NCBI GenBank assembly: GCA_964491115.1
Contig: CAZBEW010000001.1
Coordinates: forward strand, 62,936-126,935
Origin: an uncultured Pseudomonadales bacterium
GTDB lineage: Bacteria; Patescibacteriota; Microgenomatia; UBA1400; PJMF01
DNA: 64,000 bases
Direction of reading: 5' to 3'
The translations under genes and the position numbers were made by a program. Of this stretch, positions 55,393-64,000 are shown piece after piece. The notes beneath the pieces are model-generated. The model saw nothing but the letters and a program-made list of their open reading frames with translations. It ran no database searches and was not told the origin of the DNA. The first letter of the stretch is position 1. Each line of letters starts with the position of its first letter.

Positions 55393-56583
55393 TCAATAAT
55401 ACTTTTTGCCTCGCAGTTTTTCTGGTAAATAACTTTCTAATTTTTTATCTTTTCCCGGTTTATACATTTGATAATCTTTACCATAATTTAAATCTTTCAT
55501 CAATTGAGTTGGCGCATTACGCAGTTTAAGAGGAATTGCTAAACTACCATATTTTTCAACATCATCTAAAGCTGCAAAATAAGCGTCATAGGCTCGCCGA
55601 TCTTTTTTGGCTAAAGCAAGATAAGCCACACCATGGGCTAAACTAATTTGCGCCTCTGGATAACCGATTTTCATTACGGCATCAAAAACTTCGTTGGCTA
55701 CTACCAAAGCAGTTGGTTGAGCCATGCCCACATCTTCACTGGCAAAAATAACCATTCTCCTGGCAATAAATTTTGGATCTTCTCCAGCTTTGACCATTCT
55801 GGCTAAATAATAGAGCGCAGCATCAACATCACTGGCTCTTAAACTTTTAATAAAGGCGCTAATGATGTTGTAGTGCTCTTCTCCTTTTTTATCATAGAGT
55901 ATTTGTTTCGATTGCAGAGCGTTTTTGAGTGAGGATAGTTTTAAATTACCATAGAGGGCATAGGCATTATCAATGATGGTTAAGAGTCGACGCGCATCGC
56001 CATCGGCATAATTCAGTAAAAATTCTTGACTAGCTTGGGCAATTTTTTTAATTTTTAATACTTTTAAAGCTCTGTTGGTAATGGCGATCAGGTCTTCAGC
56101 TGTTAATGGCTGTAAAACAAAAACCCGCATCCTGGATAACAAAGGAGCGATCACTTCAAAAGAAGGATTTTCCGTAGTTGCCCCAATCAAAATTATTTGG
56201 CCACTTTCAACACTGGGTAATAGGAAATCTTGCTGGGCTTTATTAAAGCGATGAATTTCATCTAAAAAGAGGACTGGAGCCTGATAAGACTCTAGTAAAC
56301 TTTTTTGTTCTTTACTTTGATCAAGCACTTTTTTAACATCAGCTTTGCTTGCTGACACTGCCGACAATTCAATAAATGAGCGACCAGTTTCTCGGGCAAT
56401 AATTTTGGCTAAAGTCGTTTTTCCCACTCCTGGAGGTCCCCAAAAAATTAAGGAAAAGGGCGAGCCCATGGCAATCATCGTACTTAAGGGCTTGCCTTCA
56501 CCAACTAGTTGGCTTTGACCAACAAATTCTGCTAAATTTTTGGGACGCAGTAGGGAAGCTAAAGGTTCATTAAAATCAGACAC
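55393..56583 (-). CDS. rarA: Replication-associated recombination protein A (AAA+ ATPase)
   Basis: Walker A GPPGVGKTT, with typical MgsA C-terminal domains. Confidence 0.9.
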   Translation of the reverse strand: MSDFNEPLASLLRPKNLAEFVGQSQLVGEGKPLSTMIAMGSPFSLIFWGPPGVGKTTLAKIIARETGRSFIELSAVSASKADVKKVLDQSKEQKSLLESYQAPVLFLDEIHRFNKAQQDFLLPSVESGQIILIGATTENPSFEVIAPLLSRMRVFVLQPLTAEDLIAITNRALKVLKIKKIAQASQEFLLNYADGDARRLLTIIDNAYALYGNLKLSSLKNALQSKQILYDKKGEEHYNIISAFIKSLRASDVDAALYYLARMVKAGEDPKFIARRMVIFASEDVGMAQPTALVVANEVFDAVMKIGYPEAQISLAHGVAYLALAKKDRRAYDAYFAALDDVEKYGSLAIPLKLRNAPTQLMKDLNYGKDYQMYKPGKDKKLESYLPEKLRGKKYY

Positions 56584-56647
56584 AAGCCTATTCTAACACT
56601 CATTTTCAACAATTGGCTGAAACAAGCAAATTTTTGCTTGACTATTA

Positions 56648-58498
56648 TTAAGCCCGAGCTTGAGCTTTTTTATTTCGCTCTAACTTGCTTAAATAACGTT
56701 TGCGAAGACGAAGATTTTTTGGTGTGACTTCAAGCAATTCATCATTTTCAATAAAATCTAAACATTGCTCTAAACTTAAATCAACTTTTGCATTAAGCAC
56801 TGTCAGAACATCTGCATTTGATCGAAAATTAGTTAATTTTTTACTTTTACAAACATTCACTTCTAAATCGCCTTTTTGTTTGCACAAACCGACAATTTGC
56901 CCCTCATAAACTTCCTCGCCAGGGATAACAAAAGTTTTACCGCGCTGTTGGACGCTTTCCAAAGCATAAGCAGTAACCATCCCGCCTTCAGTAGCAATTA
57001 AAGCCCCATTTCTTAATTTTAATCTGCTGGCCTGCAAAGGAGCATAATGTAAAAAAGAACTGGTAAATAAGCCATTACCCTTGGTTTTTGTTAATATTTC
57101 ACTGCGAAAACCCAAGAGATTGCGACTGCTAATATGATAAAGCATGTGACTTACGCCTCGGCTATTGCTTGAACTACTTTGTAGCTGAGCATAACGTTTA
57201 CCTAATTCTTCAGTAATGACTCCCACATAAGCTTGTTCAATTTCGATAATTAATTCTTCGATTGGTTCTTGTTGTACACCATCAATTTCTTTAAAAATAA
57301 CCTGAGGTCGAGCAATTTCCATTTCGTAGCCTTCGCGGCGCATCGTTTCAATTAAGACAGCCAAATGTAATTCCCCTCGTCCCGCAACTATGAAAACTCC
57401 GCCTTCTTTTTGTTGAATATCTAAACCTAAATTGGTTTTTTGCTCACGTTTGAGGCGCTCTGCCAATTGACGAACAGTACAAAATTCGCTTTCTCTACCA
57501 ACAAATGGTGAGGTACTGGCAGTAATCGCAATTTTTAAAGTCGGCTCAGTAATTTTGATCATAGGAAAACCCTCTGTTTCCCCCAATGCAGCCAAAGTTT
57601 GACCAATAGCAATTTTTTCCACTCCTGTAATAGCGATGATGTCTCCCGCTGGTGACTCTTGAATTTCTTTTTTTTCTAAACCAATACTTTCGAATAACTG
57701 ACTGACAGATATTTCTCCCACCTTTTCTTGTTCTTGCAAAATGACCAAGCGCTGACCTTTTTTAACTACTCCTTGAGTGACTTTACCAATAGCATAAATA
57801 CCTTTATATGGGTCAAAATCTAAAGTCGACACCTGCATTTTAAAAGCTGCTTGAGTGTCGCACTGAGGAGCAGGGACAGTGCGAATAATTTCTTCAAATA
57901 AGACTTGTAAATTACCTGCTGCTTGAGGCAAAGTTTCTAATTGGCTTTTTTCTGGCAACGCTGACCAAATTTTTCCTAATCGACCCACCGCATATAAGAC
58001 TGGAAAATCTAATTGGCTGCTGTCGCTGGCTAAGTTCAAAAATAATTCTTCAACTTGCTGTAAGACTCTTTCTGGCTCAGCATCATGGCGATCAATTTTG
58101 TTAATTAAAACAATAATCGGCAACTGTTGTTTAATGGCTTGTTGCAGCACAAACTTAGTTTGGGGCAAAGGGCCTTCGGCAGCATCCACTAATAAAATGG
58201 CACCATCTGCCATGCTGATTACTCGCTCAACTTCTCCAGCAAAATCGGCATGTCCTGGAGTATCAATAATATTAATTTTATATTCTTCTCCAGCTAAACT
58301 TTGATAAAATACTGAGGTATTTTTCGCTAAAATGGTGATGCCCTTTTCTCGTTCTAAATCATTGCTATCTAAAATGGTTTCTTGTCCCATTTCAGCCTGA
58401 TTAGCTCGAAAAGCATGAGTTTGCTTCAACATCCCATCAATCAGGGTGGTTTTACCATGATCAACATGAGCGATAATAGCTATATTACGAATTTGCAT
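56648..58498 (-). CDS. typA: Translational GTPase TypA/BipA
   Basis: N-terminus IRNIAIIAHVDHGKTTL. G-domain motifs and EF-G-like domains. Confidence 0.9.
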   Translation of the reverse strand: MQIRNIAIIAHVDHGKTTLIDGMLKQTHAFRANQAEMGQETILDSNDLEREKGITILAKNTSVFYQSLAGEEYKINIIDTPGHADFAGEVERVISMADGAILLVDAAEGPLPQTKFVLQQAIKQQLPIIVLINKIDRHDAEPERVLQQVEELFLNLASDSSQLDFPVLYAVGRLGKIWSALPEKSQLETLPQAAGNLQVLFEEIIRTVPAPQCDTQAAFKMQVSTLDFDPYKGIYAIGKVTQGVVKKGQRLVILQEQEKVGEISVSQLFESIGLEKKEIQESPAGDIIAITGVEKIAIGQTLAALGETEGFPMIKITEPTLKIAITASTSPFVGRESEFCTVRQLAERLKREQKTNLGLDIQQKEGGVFIVAGRGELHLAVLIETMRREGYEMEIARPQVIFKEIDGVQQEPIEELIIEIEQAYVGVITEELGKRYAQLQSSSSNSRGVSHMLYHISSRNLLGFRSEILTKTKGNGLFTSSFLHYAPLQASRLKLRNGALIATEGGMVTAYALESVQQRGKTFVIPGEEVYEGQIVGLCKQKGDLEVNVCKSKKLTNFRSNADVLTVLNAKVDLSLEQCLDFIENDELLEVTPKNLRLRKRYLSKLERNKKAQARA

Positions 58499-58554
58499 AA
58501 TTTCTTAAAAACAAAAGCTAGATTATACTCTTTTCAACAAAAAAAAACAGACAA

Positions 58555-59193
58555 TTAAGATAATAGATCTAAAATTTCACCTGGCTGATTAAGCAAAAAA
58601 TTAGGCTGAGCACCAGCTAATAATTCTTCATTAGCAAAACCCCAAGTAACCGCTGCCACTGCTACACCAGCTCTTTGACAAGCTTCAACATCTCTAACTT
58701 GATCACCAAAATATAAAACTTCTTGGCGTGGAATTTTATGTTTTTTCATCAAGGCTGTCAGCGCTCGATCTTTAGCAAATATTTCTTTTTCACAGCGCCA
58801 AAAAGTAAAAAGACTATCTATGGGTAAATTTTGCTGATTAAAAAAATTTTCAATAGTGCTCAATTGATTCGAACTTAAAATGCCTAAAACATGATCTTTT
58901 TTTAATTCTAATAAAATCTTTTTAATCTTGGGATAAAAATTCGCCTGACTAATTAGAGAAGCTGTTTCTTGATTTAGAGCTTGAGCAATTTTTAATAATT
59001 TAACAGGACCAATCTTATATTCTGTAATCAGATCTTTAATCTTGCTTGATTTAATTTTTACTAATTCTGCTTGAGTAAATTTTGGCAAATCAAAGCGACG
59101 GTAAATTCGCTTGTAAGCCTCAAGATGAATAAACTCCGTATCGGCTAAAGTACCATCAAAATCAAAAATTAAATATTTAAAATTATTAGACAT
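58555..59193 (-). CDS. HAD-superfamily hydrolase (phosphatase)
   Basis: Motif I LIFDFDGTLADTE. Confidence 0.7.
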   Translation of the reverse strand: MSNNFKYLIFDFDGTLADTEFIHLEAYKRIYRRFDLPKFTQAELVKIKSSKIKDLITEYKIGPVKLLKIAQALNQETASLISQANFYPKIKKILLELKKDHVLGILSSNQLSTIENFFNQQNLPIDSLFTFWRCEKEIFAKDRALTALMKKHKIPRQEVLYFGDQVRDVEACQRAGVAVAAVTWGFANEELLAGAQPNFLLNQPGEILDLLS

Positions 59194-59195
59194 AG

Positions 59196-59948
59196 TTAGC
59201 TAGTTAATTGGACGGTCTTTTTTAAGGCCGAAATTTCATCATCACTTAATTTTCTCACCGTGCCCACTTGTAAATTACCTAGTTCTAAATTGGCTAAGCG
59301 CGTTCTGGTTAAACGGGTCACTTCCCAGCCCACTTTGGCAGATAAACGACGCACCTCATGTTTTCGCCCCTCATGAAGAATAAATTTTAGGAGCAAGTCG
59401 CGGCCTTTTTTCTCAACTAATTCAATGTGTTCAGCCCGAGCGCGCTTGCCAGCAAGCAAGACGCCTCTTTCTAAACGACTAATTTTATCTTGACTAAAAA
59501 TTCCCTGAGCCTCAACAAGATATTCTTTTTCCACCTGATATTTGGGGTGCGTGAGACGATAAGCCAAGTCACCATCATTAGTCATTAACAATAAACCCTC
59601 TGAATCATAATCAAGACGGCCAACTGGATATAAACGAGCCTGACTTTTATTTTTTAAAAAAAACATAACCGTTTTACGATTAAGCTCATCACTAACTGTT
59701 GACACTACCGCTCGCGGTTTATTTAACAACCAATATTCAAATTTTTCACCACTGGCCACAGTTTGAATTAAAGCATCGTCAATGATTTTACCTTTAACTT
59801 TTAGTTGGTCATGACTTAAATCAATTTTTTCGCCTAATTTAGCTTGACGACCATTGACTTTTACCTGACCAGCTTGAATTAAAGTATCAGCCTCTCTCCG
59901 AGAAGCTAAGCCCAAATCAGCCAAGATTTTATTAATACGACCTTTCAT
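59196..59948 (-). CDS. Pseudouridine synthase, RsuA/RluB family (S4 domain plus catalytic domain)
   Basis: S4 N-terminus (INKILADLGLASRREA). Catalytic block GRLDYDSEGLLL. Confidence 0.8.
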   Translation of the reverse strand: MKGRINKILADLGLASRREADTLIQAGQVKVNGRQAKLGEKIDLSHDQLKVKGKIIDDALIQTVASGEKFEYWLLNKPRAVVSTVSDELNRKTVMFFLKNKSQARLYPVGRLDYDSEGLLLMTNDGDLAYRLTHPKYQVEKEYLVEAQGIFSQDKISRLERGVLLAGKRARAEHIELVEKKGRDLLLKFILHEGRKHEVRRLSAKVGWEVTRLTRTRLANLELGNLQVGTVRKLSDDEISALKKTVQLTS

Positions 59949-60077
59949 AGAATATGCTTAATTATATACGCTAATCTTGAAAGATTGAAATTAATTTTGT
60001 CGCTTGTAAGAACTTAAATTAAGTGCGAGAGAGAGCGAATTAAACGTACGAGAGAGGAAATTAAGCGCAAACATTTA

Positions 60078-61271
60078 TTAATTACCGATAATAATTAATT
60101 CCTCTTCGGCGCGGGTCACGGCCGTATATAGCCACCGGCGCCAATCTTCATCGCTCATTTGTTTAAAGCGTTCTTCAAAAACGATGACCCGCGCCGCCTG
60201 ACTTCCTTGAGCTTTATGGACGGTGAGGGCATAAGCAAAATCAAATAAATCAGCTTTTTTTAAGAGTTGTCGATCGGGACTGTTATAACTTATGGTGCTG
60301 GCACTATTAAATTGTTTGGCTAAGGCTAAGCCTTCATAAACTCGATCTTGGTCGTCAAAATTTACTACAATATCATAAAAATGTTGATCAATCCGCCTAA
60401 TTCTCTCAATTGTGCCCAACATGCCATTATAAATTTGTTTTTGATGATTATTGCGTAAACAAATGACGCGGTCAGCAACTTGTGGTTCTGCTGTTTCAAA
60501 GCCTTTGAGAGTGCGTAAATATTGATTGAGTCGTAAGCGAGTGTTGTTATATCCGCAAACTATGAGGGTGTCCTCGTCAGCCATTTGCAAATAATTTTCA
60601 ATTTGATCAGCGGTATCTGGATCACTTTTTAGGAGTTTCTTAACTTTTTTGCCATAACTGGCTACGGGGATTTGGCCCTGCGTCCGTGCCAAAATTGAAA
60701 TATCAATAATAGGATTGCTTATTTCTTGACGATGAATGCTTTCTAAGCGCAACATCGGTTTTTTCATTAAATTGAAGTAACCATGAATTGGTGGTAATTG
60801 CCCGTGATCACCAACTGCCAAAATCGGGATATGGTAAGAAAGCAGATCAAGCCAAATGTCTTGATCGAGCATCGAGGCTTCATCAATAATGATTAAATCA
60901 GTTTTTAAACGCTCTTTCTTGCGCCAGGCAACAATTTGTTGTTGTTCGTTCTCTACTACACTATAAATGAGTGAGTGAATGGTACTCACTGAATCTTGTG
61001 AATAAAGCATGTTAAATTCAGCCAAATAATTTTGTAAAACTTGAGTGGCTTTCCCAGTAAAAGCGGCAAAGGCCACTTTTAATTTAGGGTTCTTTTTGTG
61101 CAACAATTGGCGTAAGACTGCTAATAAAGTGGTTTTGCCAGTTCCAGCATAACCGCCAATGGTTAAATATGGCTGTTTTTGGCTTTGAAATTCTAACCAG
61201 TGTAAAATTTGTTTTAAAACAATTTTTTTATCAGCTGATAAAAGCAGTGTTCTTTCTTCTTTTTTTGTCAT
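60078..61271 (-). CDS. RecD/Dda-like SF1B DNA helicase
   Basis: Walker A GYAGTGKTT, Walker B IIIDEASM, and the C-terminal helicase block LTVHKAQGSQ. Confidence 0.75.
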   Translation of the reverse strand: MTKKEERTLLLSADKKIVLKQILHWLEFQSQKQPYLTIGGYAGTGKTTLLAVLRQLLHKKNPKLKVAFAAFTGKATQVLQNYLAEFNMLYSQDSVSTIHSLIYSVVENEQQQIVAWRKKERLKTDLIIIDEASMLDQDIWLDLLSYHIPILAVGDHGQLPPIHGYFNLMKKPMLRLESIHRQEISNPIIDISILARTQGQIPVASYGKKVKKLLKSDPDTADQIENYLQMADEDTLIVCGYNNTRLRLNQYLRTLKGFETAEPQVADRVICLRNNHQKQIYNGMLGTIERIRRIDQHFYDIVVNFDDQDRVYEGLALAKQFNSASTISYNSPDRQLLKKADLFDFAYALTVHKAQGSQAARVIVFEERFKQMSDEDWRRWLYTAVTRAEEELIIIGN

Positions 61272-61300
61272 TATATTTAGCTCAGCCTAGCAAGAAATAA

Positions 61301-62485
61301 TCAAAGAATCAACATCGCATCACCAAAACTAAAAAAGCGGTAGTCATTATTGATGGCGTGTTGATAGGCTTGGCCGATAGGCGAGCTTAAAAAGTTTTTA
61401 AAAACAAAGGGGGAATTGGGCTGAGTGCTAAAAGCCGTCACCAGCATGAGCAAGCTTGATTCTGGTAAATGAAAGTTAGTAATTAAAGCATCAACTGCTT
61501 GAAATTGATAAGGAGGCTTAATAAAAATGCTCGTGCTTTGCTGGCCAGTTTTAAACAAGAAATCATTTTTTTTATTTTTTTGAGAATTTTTTGGCAGTTC
61601 TGATTTATTTTTTTCAATTATTTTTGAATTAATAAAAGCACTTTCTAAAGCTCGCAAGCTAGTGGTGCCAACCGCAATTAAGCGTTTACCGACCGCTTTG
61701 GCTTGGCTTAATCTATCAGCCACATCTTCTTGAATCTGATAATGTTCTTCATGAAGCCTTTGGTTCTGCCAATTCTCTTGAGTTAATTTGGCAAAAGTAC
61801 CTAAACCGACTGCTAAATCAATTTTTTCAATTTGCACTCCTTGATCGGATATTTTTTTCAATAATTCATCGGTAAAATGTAAGCCAGCAGTGGGAGCCGC
61901 TGCTGAACCAATGTTTTTGGCATAGGTAGTTTGATATTCACTGCGACGCAAATCTTCACTTTGCTGATTTTTAATGTATGGCGGAAGAGGAGTATAACCA
62001 GTTTTTTCAATGGCTTGCCACAATTTATCATCTGAATAGTTAAATTCAACTTCAACTAATGCACTAGCCTCTTGATTTTTTAAGACTCGAGCTTGTAAAA
62101 AATCCGCTAAATCATAATCTTCATCTAAAAGTAAATTTCTGGGTGGAAAATACAAGCGCTGATTAATTTTTAATGCTGGTTTGCTAATAGCTTGCCAAGC
62201 ATTAGCCGCTGTTTTTTTTAAAAGCAACAACTCCACTTTGCCACCGGTATCTTTTTTGCCTAAAAGTCGAGCGGGAAAAACTTTAGTTTCATTTAATACT
62301 AAAACGTCGTTGGCATTTAATAATTCACTTAATTCAAAAAAATGGCGATCACTAAATTTTCCCGTTTGGCGATTAAAAACTAATAGTCGTGATTGCTCAC
62401 GTTTGGCTAGCGGTTGATGAGCAATTTTTTCTTTAGTCAGGGGATAGTGAAAATTACTCAACACTTGATTAAAATCAGCAGTCAT
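61301..62485 (-). CDS. queA: S-adenosylmethionine:tRNA ribosyltransferase-isomerase
   Basis: N-terminal block FDYxLP-like (FHYPLTKEKIAHQP), with QueA-wide collinearity. Confidence 0.85.
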   Translation of the reverse strand: MTADFNQVLSNFHYPLTKEKIAHQPLAKREQSRLLVFNRQTGKFSDRHFFELSELLNANDVLVLNETKVFPARLLGKKDTGGKVELLLLKKTAANAWQAISKPALKINQRLYFPPRNLLLDEDYDLADFLQARVLKNQEASALVEVEFNYSDDKLWQAIEKTGYTPLPPYIKNQQSEDLRRSEYQTTYAKNIGSAAAPTAGLHFTDELLKKISDQGVQIEKIDLAVGLGTFAKLTQENWQNQRLHEEHYQIQEDVADRLSQAKAVGKRLIAVGTTSLRALESAFINSKIIEKNKSELPKNSQKNKKNDFLFKTGQQSTSIFIKPPYQFQAVDALITNFHLPESSLLMLVTAFSTQPNSPFVFKNFLSSPIGQAYQHAINNDYRFFSFGDAMLIL

Positions 62486-62523
62486 AAGGGTAGTTTAACA
62501 GATTCGAGCAGTATCTTGCTGGT

Positions 62524-63234
62524 CTATTTTTTTGCGTATTGAGGATAGTTGTTTCTCAAAAATTCTTCTCTCTCCTCCCCTTTTAAATTGGGTAAAAATG
62601 GACGCAAATCATTTAAAGCTGCTGAATCTTTGTGTAAAGCATTAATAAGCTTGTTTAAATATTGTTGTAAATCTTCGGCATATTGAATATTTTCTAAATA
62701 AAAATATTTTTTGTTAACTCGCGTAACATCGTCTGTTGCCACTCCAGAACTGCTGGCACTAGATCGGGCAGTAATGGTGCCAATATTTAAATATGAACTA
62801 AGAAAACCTTTGTTGTGATAGCTAGTATCAACAATCATTTCTAGGGGCAAGCTCATGTTGTAACGATTAACTGGGCTTGTGTAAATAAATTTAATTAAAC
62901 GCTTATTAGTGACAATAGCCACTGATTTTTTCCACAAGGTAAACACCCACCACATGCCCAACAAAATAAATACAAAAAACAGCAATAATCCAAGCGCTAA
63001 GATGCTGGATAAAAGTTGACTATCAAAAATTTGACCAAAGCTTTTATTTAACATAACACTAGCAACAATAATCGTTACAGCAATTAACAAGATAAAGAGG
63101 AGTTTATAGACTAAAAATATCACATGCTCTCTTGTGACATAGAGGATTTTTTCATCACTGCCTTGACCAGGAAATCTTAATTTATTATAAGGAAATTGAT
63201 TATTTTGCAAAGTAAAAAAAGAATTTTTTGACAT
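62524..63234 (-). CDS. Membrane protein with a bacterial PH (bPH_2/DUF304-like) domain
   Basis: Two TM helices, then an AIVTNKRLIKF motif. Confidence 0.5.
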   Translation of the reverse strand: MSKNSFFTLQNNQFPYNKLRFPGQGSDEKILYVTREHVIFLVYKLLFILLIAVTIIVASVMLNKSFGQIFDSQLLSSILALGLLLFFVFILLGMWWVFTLWKKSVAIVTNKRLIKFIYTSPVNRYNMSLPLEMIVDTSYHNKGFLSSYLNIGTITARSSASSSGVATDDVTRVNKKYFYLENIQYAEDLQQYLNKLINALHKDSAALNDLRPFLPNLKGEEREEFLRNNYPQYAKK

Positions 63235-63274
63235 GTGTTTATTATATCATTTAAGATATACTAAGCTCACTCAA

Positions 63275-64000
63275 ATGTTGCAAAAACTAAAACAAAAATT
63301 ATTAAATGCATATCGGGGATTAAGTAAAAAACAAAAGAGATTATTTTTCGCTTTTTTGTTTTTATTAGTCATTAGCATCGGGGTGACAGCAACTATTACT
63401 TTTCATCGATTACAAAAAGAGGAAAAAGCTGATGCTGCTCAGGAAAATCAACAAATACCTCAATTGAATGATGATCTCAGTCAGATTGCTAGTGACGATC
63501 AAAAAGAGCTAAATGTTTTATTAATTGGCTATGGAGGTGCTGGTCATCAAGGAGGCATGTTGGCCGACCTCATTCAAATTGCTCATATAGATTTTGAAAA
63601 TAAAATCATTGCCTTTATCTCCATACCCAGAGATTTAGAATTAAAATTAAACGATGGTAGTTATCGTAAAATTAATACGGTGTTTAGCTCACACATGAGC
63701 GGCCCAGAACCGATAGTCAATGCCGGCCAAGTCAGCAAAAACTTATTGTCTTCGGTCACCAATTTAAATATCAAGTATTTTATTGCCATAGATTTTGTAG
63801 GTTTTCAACGCCTGGTTGGTCAGGAACTAGGCAGTATAGAAGTTGAGGTTAAAGAAGACTTTGCTGATCAATGGTATCCGGTTGAAGGTAGACAGCTCGA
63901 TCCCTGTGGGCATAGTAATGAAGAAATCGCCCATTTAACAGAAACTTTAAGTGGTTTTGAATTGGAAAAACAATTTGCTTGCAGATATGAAAAAATTTAT
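63275..64000 (+). CDS. LytR-CpsA-Psr (LCP) family protein, 3' end beyond the window
   Basis: N-terminal TM, then LLIGYGGAGHQGGMLADLIQIAHID...ISIPRDL, the LCP core. No stop codon before the window end. Confidence 0.7.
   Translation, partial: MLQKLKQKLLNAYRGLSKKQKRLFFAFLFLLVISIGVTATITFHRLQKEEKADAAQENQQIPQLNDDLSQIASDDQKELNVLLIGYGGAGHQGGMLADLIQIAHIDFENKIIAFISIPRDLELKLNDGSYRKINTVFSSHMSGPEPIVNAGQVSKNLLSSVTNLNIKYFIAIDFVGFQRLVGQELGSIEVEVKEDFADQWYPVEGRQLDPCGHSNEEIAHLTETLSGFELEKQFACRYEKIY

Noticed and set aside
3707-62417. Numerous 60-80-aa ORFs antisense to or nested within confident genes. Examples are 3707-3913, 6042-6269, 9972-10154, 13358-13546, 15885-16133, 16275-16481, 17365-17621, 21598-21810, 23273-23467, 25469-25687, 28609-29085, 29575-29769, 30384-30584, 31195-31422, 33687-33869, 36095-36277, 40546-40740, 45782-46000, 46308-46499, 47093-47320, 47892-48119, 48964-49191, 50415-50603, 51066-51257, 53209-53451, 56700-56909, 58098-58304, 61858-62055 and 62181-62417
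   Set aside because: All lie inside longer ORFs with clear motif support on the other strand or frame. None has independent evidence such as an SD, a promoter or conserved motifs.
1-64000. Looked for rRNA genes, transposases, integrases, phage genes and recognisable defence systems
   Set aside because: No ORF showed DDE/tyrosine-recombinase/serine-recombinase hallmarks and no rRNA-like conserved stretches were seen. The patatin, RecD-like helicase and DUF2726 proteins are stand-alone, without defence-system partners.

Overview
The window is AT-rich (roughly one-third GC) and gene-dense, with compact versions of many housekeeping genes. Together with class I FbaB, abundant membrane glycosyltransferases and sortase-anchored proteins, this resembles a reduced-genome monoderm bacterium, possibly of the CPR/Patescibacteria type; that is an inference and was not computed. 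Most of the window is core machinery on the minus strand. This includes dnaX, ybaB, rdgB, ybeY, gltX, aspS, a D-Ala-D-Ala carboxypeptidase, rmuC, dnaG, trxA/trxB/csoR, rarA, typA, queA, a RecD-like helicase and a pseudouridine synthase. Plus-strand genes include metG, tatD, fbaB, galU, queH and mscL. There are four tRNA genes (Glu-CUC, Ser-GGA, Ser-CGA, Arg-GCG) and a near-consensus sigma70 promoter for tRNA-Glu. Three accessory-looking regions stand out. The first, at 2.0-6.7 kb next to tRNA-Glu, is a GC-elevated islet with small ORFs beside a HlyD/ABC/FtsX (MacAB-like) exporter. The second, at 21-28 kb, is an envelope glycan locus. It holds a processive GT2 with a QxxRW motif, a GT-C enzyme, a WecA-like phosphotransferase, a UbiA-family decaprenyl-phosphate phosphoribosyltransferase-like enzyme and GalU. 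The third, at 35-49.9 kb, contains a 1111-aa polytopic membrane protein overlapping a VirD4/HerA-like P-loop ATPase. It also contains a strongly GC-anomalous lipoprotein gene, a sortase with an adjacent substrate carrying a C-terminal sorting signal, a VTC-CotH-DUF4956 triad and a DUF2726 protein abutting tRNA-Ser. The three genes from lipoprotein to sortase carry copies of a shared promoter-embedded motif; two are near-identical over about 25 nt and the third shares a 12-nt core. Other notable items are a peroxiredoxin with a metallothionein-like CX3C ladder and in-frame tandem repeats in queH and dnaX. There are also a 10-bp phased repeat array and a partial TasA/camelysin-like operon at the left edge. 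No CRISPR array, rRNA gene, transposase or integrase was recognised.
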